Assembly: GCA_002104905.1 (NCBI GenBank) | Contig: MCFE01000447.1 | Coordinates: 9,461 to 73,460, forward strand | Reading direction: 5' to 3' | Length of the DNA: 64,000 bases | Source: Basidiobolus meristosporus CBS 931.73 | Taxonomy: Eukaryota; Fungi; Basidiobolomycota | Shown here: in pieces, positions 13,629 through 25,300 of the stretch | Numbering within the stretch: the first letter of the stretch is position 1 | Layout: the number at the start of each line of letters is the position of its first letter | The notes under the pieces: generated by a model | Seen by the model: only the letters and a program-made list of their open reading frames with translations | Told to the model about the DNA's origin: nothing | Databases searched by the model: none | Made by a program: the position numbers and the translations under genes

Positions 13629-16600
13629 ATGACTTCTACCAGCAAACAAAGCAATACCAACATCTTCCCTGTAAAGGAGAGGTTTGATGGGAAGAACTAC
13701 AGACTTTGGAGAATCAAGATGCAGATCCACCTTGAGGAAAGAAAGCTTTGGAACATAGTAACAGGAAAGGAAGTTGAGCCCAAAGGAACAGCAGAAGATG
13801 TGGAGAAGTTTCAAGAGAAGGAGAGAAAGGCCTTCAATGCAATATGCATCAATGTGCAAGACTCCTTCATTGGACAAATCCATGCCTCAAATACTGCCAA
13901 AGCAGCATGGGAATCCTTAGAGAAGATCTTTAGAGCAAAGTCAGTATCAAGCAAGCTTTATTTGAAACAAAAGTTCTTCAACATGAGAAAAAAGCCAGAT
14001 GATGACATGCTACAACTCATTACCAGAATGGAGACACTTGCAGAAGAACTTTACAGTATTAATGCTGGTGTAGATGATGAAGAAAAGATACTCTGTCTGC
14101 TTTGCAGCCTACCAGACAAGTATGAGCCACTCATACTTTCTTTTGAAAGCAGAGAAGACAACTTGACTTTAGACTATGTCAAAGGAAGACTTCTCCATGA
14201 AGAACTCAGACGTAATGATCAAGCAGAGAAAATTGAAGATAATGCTTTATTCAGTTCAGAAAGGCATACAGAAAAGAAGGGAAAGCAACAAAACCAAAGA
14301 AAACCTGGCTGCTGTAACTACTGTAAGAAGCCAGGACACTGGGCAAGAGAATGCAAGAAGAAACAAGCAGACGAAAAACAGAAACTAGAGCAGGCAAACC
14401 ATATAACTACTGATGAACAGTTATTTGTCACTGTACAAGAGAGTGCAAGTAACCGAAGTAATGAATGGTATATTGACTCTGGAGCATCACAGCATATTTG
14501 TGGTATAAAGGATTGGTTCAGCAACTTAAAGACTATTCCCGTAAGAAAGGTTTATCTGGGAGATAACTCTGCATTGGAAGCTACCGCTAGTGGGTCTATA
14601 CAACTAAATATGAGTGATAACTCAGGGGCAACAACAGCAAAACTGACTGATGTACTCTATGTACCTGGAATAGCTAAGAACCTACTCTCAGTCAGTAAAG
14701 CAACTACTCAGGGACTGAAATTTGTTTTTACTAAGCTGAGCTGCTCAATATTGAGTGAAAATGGACAAAAATTAGCTTCGGGAATCAGAGATCACAATAT
14801 ATACAAGTTACAATGCAAGATCATTGTACCTGAGTATGTCAACATTGCTGAAACTGATGAAACCAACTGGGAGACGTGGCATAGGAGGCTAGGACACATA
14901 GGGGAACAGAAAATGAGCCAATTGGTGAAAAATCAGCTTGTTTTGGGCCTAAAATACTCAATTCCGATCAAATGGAATCTTTGTAAGGGATGTTCATATG
15001 GCAAACAAGCTAGGCAACGTTTCAAGAGCTCAGAAGACATTAATACCACCGAGATATTGGCTATTGTACATTCAGACATATGTGGCCCCATGAGAACACT
15101 GTCCTTTGGAGCCAAGAGATACTTTATGACGTTTATTGATGACAAGACAAGATATACATGGGTGTACTTCCTCAAAACAAAGGATGAAGCTTTAGAGACG
15201 TTTAAGCACTTCAAGAACATGGCAGAAACACAAACTGGGTGTAAATTGAAGGTACTACAAAGTGACAATGGAGGAGAATACTGCTCAAAGGAGTTTGCAA
15301 AATACTGCTTGTCTACTGGTATACTTCAACAGACCACAGTTCCTCATACTCCACAGCAAAATGGAGTAGCAGAACGTGCAAATAGAACAATAGTAGAGAT
15401 GGGAAGATCTATGCTACATGATAAGGGAATGGACTACAAGTTTTGGGCTGAATCTGTTGCTACCGCTGTATACATCAAGAACAAATGCCCAACAACAGCA
15501 CTACGTGATTCTACACCCTTTGAAGCATATACAGGCAAAAAACCAGATCTCCAGAACCTCAGGATCTTTGGCAGTGATGTTTTTTATCACATCCCTGACA
15601 AAAAACGCTCAAAGTTGGAACCAAAGAGTAGAAAAGGTATCTTTCTTGGGTATTGTGAAGATACTAAAGGGTATAGAGTGTATGATGGCAAAATTCAGAA
15701 GCTGATCAAGAGCAGGGACGTTGTATTTGAGGAGAATTCAGATCAGAAAGCCACAGAAATCATTGGCCAGCTGCCTGATGATGCAATCAACACAAATGAG
15801 GAAGATACGTACCAAATCCAGCCAGAGATGGAAGATACTTCTACCAGTTCCAGATCAGATCAGATTATCCCAGTTAGGAGATCTACCAGAATAAGAAATG
15901 CCCCTGGATCCTGGTGGCAGACATCCAATGATCATGAAGAAGCTTATCTTGCCTTATGTGCCAAACCTCAGAATCTGGAACAGGCAATGCAAGGTCCAGA
16001 TGCTACTAAGTGGCAACAAGCCATGCAGGAGGAGTACCAATCACTGATCAAGGCAAAAACGTGGGAACTGGTAGATTTACCAAATGGGAGAAAGCCAATA
16101 GGATGTAGATGGGTCTACAAGATCAAGATAACCTCAAATGGTGCCGTTGATAAGTACAAGGCTAGATTGGTAGCTAAAGGCTATTCCCAGATCCAGGGAC
16201 TAGACTTTAAGGAAACATTTGCTCCAGTTGCCAAGTTTAACTCTATTAGGACAGTTCTAGCCCTGGCAGCTGTACACAGTCTAGATCTACACCAAATGGA
16301 CGTCAAAACAGCCTTTCTAAATGGGGATTTGCAAGAAACTATATATATGGAGCAACCAGAAGGTTTTACCAATCCAAAAAGCCCCCATAAGGTGTGCAAA
16401 CTTAGAAAATTGTTGTATGGGCTTAAGCAGGCACCCAGAGCATGGTATAACAAGATTGACACATATCTAGAGGAAATTGGGTTCTCTCGTAGCACTGCAG
16501 ATCACAGTATATATGTGAAACAGCTCAAAAAGGGTGTGATCATCCTAGTTCTTTATGTGGACGACCTAATTATAGCTACAAGTGATCAAGAGGCACTTAA

Positions 16601-17546
16601 ACAGACAAAATCAGATCTCTTCAGCAAGTTTGAGATGAAAGATCTTGGAAAATTGAGCTATTTTCTTGGAATTGAGGTCAAATTTGACATACCTACGCAG
16701 AAAATTGTGCTGAATCAGTCTAAGTACATCAGGGACATTCTTAGACGCTTCAAAATGGAAAATTGCAAGCCTGCAGCAACCCCTATGGACAATAACCTGA
16801 AATTAAGCAAATCTCAGCCAGTTATGGATGAAAACGGCTCAGATATGGACCAAAACTTTCCCTATCAATCAATGGTCGGTAGCCTAATGTACTTGATGGT
16901 GTCTACACGTCCAGATATTGCAGTAGCAGTTGGAATAGTCAGTCAATTCATGCAGAATTATGGATCAGATCAAATTGCAGCAGTTAAGCGGATTTTCAGA
17001 TATCTACAAGGTACCATAAATATGGTACTGGAATACTCTGGAGCAGCTAATAGGCAAAAATTTGATGGTTATAGTGATTCAGATTGGGGTAGAGATCTGA
17101 TTGACAGACGCTCTACCACAGGCTATGTATTTCTTTATGCTGGTGCAGCTATTACTTGGAACTGCAAGAAACAACCAACTGTGGCACTATCTACAACTGA
17201 AGCCGAATATATGGCTGCATGTCAAGCAACTAAGGAGGCTATATGGCTACAAAAATTATTCAAAGACTTAGGTTTTAATTCAGGTGAACCAACATGTATT
17301 TACAAGGATAATCAAAGTTGTATTTCATTAGCTAGAAATCCTACTAATCATGCCAGAACTAAGCACATTGATATACAGCATCACTTTGTGAGGGAAGCTG
17401 TAGAAAATAACTTAGTAGAGCTGGTTTACTGCCCAACTGACAAAATGGTGGCAGACATATTGACAAAATCACTAGCTAGGCCACAGTTTGAGATCCTTAG
17501 AGAGAAATTGGGATTAAGAAATTATTTAGTTGAGGGGGAGTGTTGA
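13629..17546 (+). CDS. Copia Gag-Pol polyprotein, 1305 aa (gag-PR-IN-RT-RNaseH)
   Basis: CNYCKKPGHWAREC knuckle, WYIDSGAS, WHRRLGH..CKGC, HSDICGP/FIDD/SDNGGEY/PQQNGVAER, MDVKTAFLNG, YVDDL, YSDSDWG, ADILTK. The stop codon lies 4-6 nt inside the 3' LTR. Confidence 0.98.
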   Translation: MTSTSKQSNTNIFPVKERFDGKNYRLWRIKMQIHLEERKLWNIVTGKEVEPKGTAEDVEKFQEKERKAFNAICINVQDSFIGQIHASNTAKAAWESLEKIFRAKSVSSKLYLKQKFFNMRKKPDDDMLQLITRMETLAEELYSINAGVDDEEKILCLLCSLPDKYEPLILSFESREDNLTLDYVKGRLLHEELRRNDQAEKIEDNALFSSERHTEKKGKQQNQRKPGCCNYCKKPGHWARECKKKQADEKQKLEQANHITTDEQLFVTVQESASNRSNEWYIDSGASQHICGIKDWFSNLKTIPVRKVYLGDNSALEATASGSIQLNMSDNSGATTAKLTDVLYVPGIAKNLLSVSKATTQGLKFVFTKLSCSILSENGQKLASGIRDHNIYKLQCKIIVPEYVNIAETDETNWETWHRRLGHIGEQKMSQLVKNQLVLGLKYSIPIKWNLCKGCSYGKQARQRFKSSEDINTTEILAIVHSDICGPMRTLSFGAKRYFMTFIDDKTRYTWVYFLKTKDEALETFKHFKNMAETQTGCKLKVLQSDNGGEYCSKEFAKYCLSTGILQQTTVPHTPQQNGVAERANRTIVEMGRSMLHDKGMDYKFWAESVATAVYIKNKCPTTALRDSTPFEAYTGKKPDLQNLRIFGSDVFYHIPDKKRSKLEPKSRKGIFLGYCEDTKGYRVYDGKIQKLIKSRDVVFEENSDQKATEIIGQLPDDAINTNEEDTYQIQPEMEDTSTSSRSDQIIPVRRSTRIRNAPGSWWQTSNDHEEAYLALCAKPQNLEQAMQGPDATKWQQAMQEEYQSLIKAKTWELVDLPNGRKPIGCRWVYKIKITSNGAVDKYKARLVAKGYSQIQGLDFKETFAPVAKFNSIRTVLALAAVHSLDLHQMDVKTAFLNGDLQETIYMEQPEGFTNPKSPHKVCKLRKLLYGLKQAPRAWYNKIDTYLEEIGFSRSTADHSIYVKQLKKGVIILVLYVDDLIIATSDQEALKQTKSDLFSKFEMKDLGKLSYFLGIEVKFDIPTQKIVLNQSKYIRDILRRFKMENCKPAATPMDNNLKLSKSQPVMDENGSDMDQNFPYQSMVGSLMYLMVSTRPDIAVAVGIVSQFMQNYGSDQIAAVKRIFRYLQGTINMVLEYSGAANRQKFDGYSDSDWGRDLIDRRSTTGYVFLYAGAAITWNCKKQPTVALSTTEAEYMAACQATKEAIWLQKLFKDLGFNSGEPTCIYKDNQSCISLARNPTNHARTKHIDIQHHFVREAVENNLVELVYCPTDKMVADILTKSLARPQFEILREKLGLRNYLVEGEC
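17532..17540 (+). other. Polypurine tract of copia A
   Basis: GAGGGGGAG abuts the 3' LTR. Confidence 0.9.
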
Positions 17547-20500
17547 AATATTGGACTATTTGGTATCATTCAGCAGCTAGAAATTTACTTAACAATTCTA
17601 GGCTAGTCTTAGTCACTGTAGGACTCATTTACTGCCTGAACTTTGCCACTTTCTCCAGATATATGATCTTATGATTATTCCCCTATAGTCAGGATCAAAT
17701 TAACACTATTACCAAACATTATGTACTAACCCTGAAACTGTTACAGAATGCTCCTGAATATTGAGAAACCCTCCCTACTTAGTGTTGCAGCTGTATTACT
17801 TCTACAAAGGTATAAATACTGAGCTTCTTTATGAATAAACAACAGTTCAACAATTATCACTATTTCTTGATAAGTTCCTTATATCCAAATCACTTCTTAA
17901 ATTGCAACAGTTCCTTCAATTCCAAGATGTCTACATCCATTGTGTAGCTTATGTATTAGATCCAGGTGAGGAACATGAGGGCAATAGGCAATAGGGCTCC
18001 CAGCAACAATTTGGTAGAGTGTTTCATCCTGTACTACAAATTTGCTGGCCTCATCACAGATTATCTTCTTGATATCTTCATCCACCTCATTAGGAATGGC
18101 TTGGTCCTCCAAGTACTTTGGTAATAGTCTAGGCCAATCTGATTCATGCACCAAGTTGAGTTGTGCAACTTGATCTAATCTTGATAAGGCATTAGCAACT
18201 GTGTTGTTTTTTCCAGGGCAGTAGACAATCTCCAAGTCAAATTGCTGAATGTATTCACTCCATCTTGTCATTCTTCTAGAGAGTACCTTCTAAGTAAATA
18301 TATCCTTGAGGGAGGCATGATCAGTCTTCACAGTGCATTTGACTCATTCAATATAAAATCTCCATGTCTTCAAACAGTGTATTATAGCAAGCATCTCCTT
18401 CTCATGGACTGGATAGTTTTGTTCTGCTGAGTTCTGTTTCTTGGATTCAAAGGCAACAGAGTAGTCCTTTCTCTTGTGTTCTTGGCACAACACTCCACCA
18501 ATAATCCGAAGCATCTGTGCACCATGTGATCTCTTTTCTGAAGCTTAAAATTCTTAAGCTTGGCAGCTTAGCAAGTTCATTCTTGAGCGTCTGGAAGGCA
18601 GTCTCACATGCTATGTCCCACTTGTAGGTATTGTCTTGAAGATATCAGTTGAAGGGGCTGCAATACTTGCAAAAGACTTGACAAATCTCCATTAATAGGA
18701 AACCATTCCAAGGAATGATCTGAGCACTGATATGTTATAGGGCTGCTTCAGATTCTTCATTACTTCCACCTTCTTAGGGTCTAAGGTTAATCCTGTGCTA
18801 GTCCCTGTTTGTCCCAGATATTCAATGTGTGCCTTGAAGAAATCACACTTGGGTAGCTTGCCATAAAGCTTGTCCACTCTTAGCTTCTTCAAGACCTTTT
18901 CAATGTGCACCAGGTGATCCTCTTCTGCCTTGCTGTATATCAGTATATCATCTAGGTAGATTATATAGTAAACATTCTGCATCAGGGTCATAAATGTTGC
19001 AGGGGCATTGGTGAGGCCAAAACTCATGACTAAATACTTGTAATGTCCATATCTGGTCCTGAATGCTGTCTTAAGGATGTCTTCTGGCTTCATTCTAGTC
19101 TGGTTGTATCCTGACATGAGGTCAATCTGGCTGAAAATAGTGGCTCCATTGAGTTGGTCCAAGAGCTCATCAATGCAAGGTAGGGGGTACTTATTCTTGA
19201 CGGTAACTGAGTTGAGGGCTTGGTAATCAATGCACATCCTAAGTGTTCCATCCTTCTTCTTCACAAAAAGTACTGGTGCTCCCCAAGGTGACTTGCTGGA
19301 TCCAATATATCCTTGTTGCAGCAACTGATCTATTTGTCTCTTCATCTCTTCCTACTCCAATGGGCTCATTCTGTAAGGTGTCTTGCTCACTGGAGGGCTA
19401 TCTCCTGTTTCAACAGCATGATCCACATCTCTGACTGGTAGTAGGCTTACAAGCTCTTCTGGAAACACGTCTAAATACTCCTTCAAATGAGTCTGGACCT
19501 TCTGTGGTACTGGAGTCAAGGAATCCTCCTGTGACACTGCCATGAGGAGCATCTGGGTGCCTTTTCTTAGTGCTCTACAGAACTGTGTCTTGCTAAGCTC
19601 ACTCATCTCATACACATTGGAATTGACCAAGCTAATATCCAGTCTGGCAGGTAATAGCTTATAGGTCTTGTTGTTCTTCTGGATCTGAGTAGCATGGGTT
19701 CTCCAGTTGATTGATGGATTACAACAAAATAGCCAGGTTTTCCCAAGTACAAGGTCAAACTTGCAGTTCCCAAATATATAGGCCTGCAGATCTTCTTCAT
19801 AGTCATTGATCTTCACCTGGACTGGCTGAGTAATATGGTTGATTATGTGAGAGTTCCCATCAGCTGTTGAGACTGAAGTTGATTTAGTGGGTTCTAAGTT
19901 GATTCCAGCTTTCAGAGCAAATTGCTCTAACATGTACTCATGCAATGCTCCTAAGTCAATCATGGTCTTGGCTGGTACTCCATTGATTACTCCATTCAAG
20001 TATAACAGCTTTCCTGAGTTTGAGGTCATCTGGGATAGGTATTCTGCTGTCATGTGGAAGGTGAGTTCTGAGTCTTCTTCAAGTTCATCCTCTATGTTAT
20101 TATGCTTCATAGCCTCAGTACAGTTAAAGGTTCTTGATGGCTGGTGTCCATTTCTACTCTGAGGGCAGTACCTTGCAATATTTCCTTGCTGGTGGCAATT
20201 GAAGCAAAGCCCTTTCTTCTTACATTTGTCTGAGGTAGGATTCTTCTGCATAGCATCTACTTCCATTGGCACTGCTTCTGATTGTCTTCTTTCATAGTGA
20301 TTGTAACCTCTCTGATTAGTCATTGTGGGCTTCCCAACTCCAAACATAGCTGAGTCATAGTCAATGGCAATCTTGATGGCTTCTTCAATAGTCTGAGGCC
20401 TTCAATAACTGACTTCTTCACAAGTTCTTCCTTTCAACTCATCAGTAAAATATTTAACTTGATCCAGAGGTTTCATTCCTTTCATTTGCCCAAGTAGACA

Positions 20501-20649
20501 TCTATACTCATAGATGTACTCTTGGACCATTCCTGTTTGTCTGTGTGTCTTGAACTTTCTTCTTAGTAGTGTCTGTTGGTGTGGAGGCTCAAAGGCATCC
20601 TGAATGGTCAACACAAACTCATCCCAGGTAAAGAATGTAGAGCATCCCT

Positions 20650-22300
20650 TTTGTCAGTTAAAGGGGCTACAATCCTTGCAAAGGGCTTGACAAATCACCA
20701 ATAATAGGGAATTATGCAAAGGAATGATCTGAGCTCCAATAGGTTGTGGGGCTGCTTCAGATTCTGGATGACTTCAACCTTCTTGGGGTCCAAGGTCACT
20801 CCTGTGCTAACCATTATGTGTCCCCAGTATTCAACATGTTCCTTCAAGAATGCACACTTTGCTAGCTTGCTGTACAGCTTGCTCTCTCTTACCTTCTTCA
20901 AGACTTTTTCAATGTGCACCAAGTGTTCCTCTTCTGTCTTGCTGCACATCAATATGTCATCTAGGTGAATTACCAATAACTTGTCTAAGTTTTTCTGGAA
21001 GACTGTTTGCATCAAGGTCATGTATGTTGCAAGGGCATTGGTAGGCCAAGACTCATGACTAAGTGCTTGTAATGTCCATATCTGGTCCTGAATGCTGTCT
21101 TAGGGATGTCATCTGGTCCCACCCTAATCTGGTCGTATCCTGACATAAGGTTAATCTTGCTGAATACGGTAGATCCATTGAGTTGGTCAAAAACTCATCA
21201 ATCCAAGGTATGGTGTACCTATTCTTCATGGTAACTGACTTGAGGGTGTGGCAGTCAATAAACATCCTAACTCTTCTATCCTTCTTATTCACAAAGAGTA
21301 CTGGTGCTCCCTAAGCTTATCTGCCAGAACTGATATATCCTTGCTCCAATAATTGATCTATTTGTCTTTTCATATCTTCCAACTCCAATGGACTCATTCT
21401 GTAAAGTGTCTTCTTCATTGGAGGGCTATCTCCTGTAGCAATGGGATGGTCCACATCTCTGACTGGTGAAAAGGTTACCAGCTCACCTGAAAGCATGTCT
21501 GGATATTTGTTCTGGACCTTTTGGGGTGCTGGAGTAGAGGAATCCTCCTGTAATACCACCATGAGGAACATCTGGGTACCTTTCTAAGTGCTCTATAGAG
21601 CTGTGTCTTGCTAAGCTAACTTGTTTCACACACACTGAAATTTACCTAGTTGAAATTTAATATGGCAGGTAATAGCTCATAGGTCTTGTTGTCCTTCTAG
21701 CTCTGAGTAGCATGGGTTCCTCAGTCAATTGATGGATTACAACAAATTAGCCATGCTTTTCCTAGTACAAGGTCAAACTTGCAGTTCCCTAATATAAAGG
21801 CCTGTAGGTCTTTTCATAATCATTGATCTTTATCCTTACTGGCTGAGTAATATGGCTGATTATGTGAGAGTTCCCATCAGCTGTTGACACTGAAGTTGGT
21901 TTGGTGGGTTCTAAGTTGATCCCAGCTTTCAAAGCAAATTGCTCTGATGTGTACTCATGGAATGCTCCCAAGTCAATCCTGATTTTGGCAGGTACCACAT
22001 TGATTACTCCATTCAAGACACTATGCAGAAGAATTGTACCTCAGAAGAATGTAAGAAGAAAGGACTTAGCTTTAATTGCCACCTGCAGGGACATGTTGCC
22101 AAGTACCACCCTCTGAGAAGACATAGACACCAGCCATCAAGAGCATTCAACCATATTGAAGCTCTTGAGCATAGTAACATGGGGGATGAACTTGAAAAAG
22201 ACTCAGAACTCACTTTCCATATGACAGAAGAATACCTTTCTCATATGACCTCAGCTCAGGAAAGCTATTATATTTTGATGGAGAGTTCAATGAGGTACCT
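20650..22300 (-). pseudogene. Further deleted G1 gypsy fragments (RT, PR, knuckle), with ~22017-22300 inverted to the + strand
   Basis: ORF pieces 20695-21021, 21059-21292, 21317-21571, 21789-22016 (-) and 21957-22373 (+) match the G1 polyprotein. Confidence 0.85.
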
Positions 22301-22379
22301 GCCAGGACTCTGGGGAGAATTCCTAGGTAAGGAGTGGATACTATATTTAGTACTCACATATTCCAGGGGTTAAGAGGGA

Positions 22380-25300
22380 GCTTTATCCTCAAAGTTCCTT
22401 GAGTAACTTGCTTCTCCAGGGTCAATTTTGTTTATGGAGCATGGGGAGTCACCATTGTACCATTGCTGGTTGTCACTTGTAAGGGGGTCACAGGCAAGTA
22501 CCTTATATCATTTGGTAGCAGAGTGAGGTGTGGCTTGTGTTGCTTGAGGGGTGTTTTCCACAGAGCCCAACAATTGGCAAACCATAGGGTTCTGGGTAAG
22601 TTCCTTGAGAGGGTTGGAGAATAAGAAGAGATGCAATAACACAATGAAGTCTTGCTTCTTTATCTTGCAAATGTTGTTGGAGCTTGTCCTTGTTGTGTTC
22701 AACATGACGGTAGGTGCTCTTTTGAAGAGGCATACATTTAGTTGGCAGTCATCTGTTGTCAATAGCAAGTTTTTGCTTCTTCCAAGAAGTATTGAAGTTC
22801 TTCCATAGAGACTGTGGTGCAATCAAGGTGTTTTTGCACTTGGCTCATAGTTTCTACAGAGTCTGTGGTTTTTTTTGGCTTCTTTGAGTTGGACTTTGTA
22901 CTGGTTCCTGAGTTGTCCTATGGTAAACTATGGTAATAGTTGTAACTCAGCAACTTGGTGGATTGAATGGGTCAACTGGCTAGTGTTTTTAATCTGCATG
23001 TGTAACATCTTTAGGATGGTTCCTTCTTGAAAGTGTGGTTTGAGATGTTTGCAAATTTCTCAGAGGAGCCCTTCAATTGGGAGTTCTACTTCTGGTGCTC
23101 TTGCGGCTTGTACCAGGTCTGTGTAAACCTCTACAACTTTAGTATCTAGTAATGGCATGTATGCAACAAAAAAGAGGGGCTCTTGAGGTCTCATGAGAGT
23201 GCAATGGCTGATTCCTTGCATCTTCTGTCTGACTGTGTTCAGTATGAATATGGGAGTCAGTGCAGTGTCCTTCTTCTTAATGATCAAGGAACCTCCTTTC
23301 AGGTGGTACACAGTCTTCTTGGGTTGTATTTCCATACTTTGTCTTGGCATGGGTAACTTGTCTTGTCCCTCTCTGAGTGTTTCTTGAATCAATGTGACTG
23401 CTCTGGCAAGGAACTCTTCATAGGTGGCTCTTGTTGCACATTACTCCTGCAACATATCTTGCAACACTTGCAGGTTGTTCTTGTTTTCAATATCATCTTG
23501 ATTCTTGCTGGTGGGAGGGGTATCACCTGTTTCAGGTGAACTGTTACCTTTGGTGCTTTCCATTTGCATTCTTTTGTTCTCCCTTTTAGGCAAACTTCCC
23601 TGCACATATCATTTGAACCTGTATTAACTAAAATCTCCTCTAATAAACTTTTTATGTATCTTATGCCTTCCTCTATCCTTGTCCTGATAATTGTTTTGTC
23701 CCACTTTGGTTTTAGTGATGATTGGTGGTTCATCATGAAACAGTTACAGATGGGCTGGCGCTACATTGTTAATTGTCTTCTTGCCCAGGGTGATGGTGTA
23801 CTTTGGTCTGTGGTCCAAACTAATAATGGTGCAAGGGCCAATTCATTAGGGTGTAAATTGTGGGCAAAATTGAGGCCTGCAACGGTTTGGTTGTACCACA
23901 CCTTATCACCTGGTTTGCACTTTTGTTCTGTTAGTTTCTCATTTTTGGATAGAGGGGGAAGGGAATTGTTGACATCTTCAAATACTTTTATGTATAGGTG
24001 GGCAATAGGGTGTATCAATCTTTCTACATAGTTGTTATGTGTTGTCAAGGGGACACCTTCCAGCATCAATCCAGCTTCTTCATGCTACTGCTGCCTTTGT
24101 CCATACAGAACTTTGGTATTGTGCACATTGCTAGGAGTGTCAGTGAGAGCAGCTTGGCTCATGACTGTTGAAGTTCCCAATGAAGCATCTCTAGTGTGCA
24201 GCAACACATCTGGTTCATCCTCTTGGCTGATCTATTAGTCTGGGGATGATATGCAGCTGTAACTATCTATTTCATGGTCATCATTTTGCACATATGGGCC
24301 ATGGTTTTGCTCAGGAAGGAACCATCATTGTTAGTCATGAGTATCAGAGGATGTCTGTGCTGGTAGATCAGTTGTTCTAGAAAGAATTGTGTGGTTGTCT
24401 TCTGATCTTTATTTTGGACAGCTTGGGCTTCTACCCACTTTGAGAAATGATGGTAGCAATTGTTGTGTATTGTTCTCCTTTCTTTGCTTTCATAAAGGGG
24501 CCAAAAAAGTCAATTCCTACCTGGTGGAAGGGTAGGTCAACCAGTACTGGTGCAGTTGTTCCTATCTTCTGTCTCTAGTTAAATATTTTGCAGGTGGAGC
24601 ATCTTTGTAATGTATATGTGATGTCAGTCATCAATTTTTCCAATAAACATTTTTCTTAACATCTTATTTGTTGTTAGGGGGTTAGCATGTCCTAATGACA
24701 TATGTCTTTCTTGTGTGATTTCTTTGCAGGCTGTTACCAGTGGTACCTCAGCTCTGAACTGTCCTTGGAGGAACCATAATTGATATTCTGGTACTTTTAA
24801 CTGACACCATTTTCTTCAAAAGTCTCTGCTCAGCATATTTGTAGCAACATGTTTAGGGTACTTCCCCCTTCTTTTGAAGCGGATTACATCCTTGCAGTCA
24901 TTGCTGATGTGTACTTGGCAAACAGGATAGCAACTGAGGAAGTCTGCATCCTGGTGTTTCTTTCCAGTGCAATGAGTTATTTTGAAGTTGTATTCTTGTA
25001 GTCAGAGGGCCCAATGTGCTAGTCAACTGGTAAAGTTGTTTAGTTTTCATCAGCCAGACCAGTGATCTGTGGTCTGCTACTATCATGAATTACTGACCCT
25101 GTATGTATGCATAGAGTTGTTTAATTGAATAAACAACAGCCAGATATGCTATCTTGGTGACAGGTAGTGACAATTGTATTTGCTTAGCAAATGGCTCCCA
25201 TAGCCAATTGGGTGGAATTTGCCAGGCTGGTGGTATTGTCCCAGAATGGTGCCTATATCAGTGAGACTTCCATCACAGTTAGTACAAAATCTCATATCTC

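Larger units (their letters stand above)
13224..17909 (+). mobile_element. Intact young Ty1/copia retrotransposon (family A), 4686 bp
   Basis: 369-bp LTRs 13224-13592 and 17541-17909, identical by eye (TGTTG...CAACA). 5-bp TSD GTTCC. PBS and PPT present. Single long ORF. Confidence 0.98.
8402..20650 (-). mobile_element. 5'-truncated decayed Ty3/gypsy (family G1) in three segments: 8402-8886, 12284-13223, 17910-~20650
   Basis: 3' LTR 8402-8770 is homologous to 28324-28691, with adjacent PPT (TTCTCCCC on +). IN, RH, RT, PR and gag ORF pieces match the near-intact copy. Interrupted by the PHIS element and the intact copia. Confidence 0.92.

Noticed and set aside
14176-16495. Short antisense and alternate-frame ORFs over the copia polyprotein, and similar ORFs over gypsy copies
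   Set aside because: Shadow ORFs with no recognisable motifs. Recurrence elsewhere only reflects repeated TE copies.
22380-23750. Calling the post-integrase ORF an env gene
   Set aside because: No signal peptide, furin site or clear transmembrane segment could be recognised in the broken frames. Kept only as an unknown ORF.
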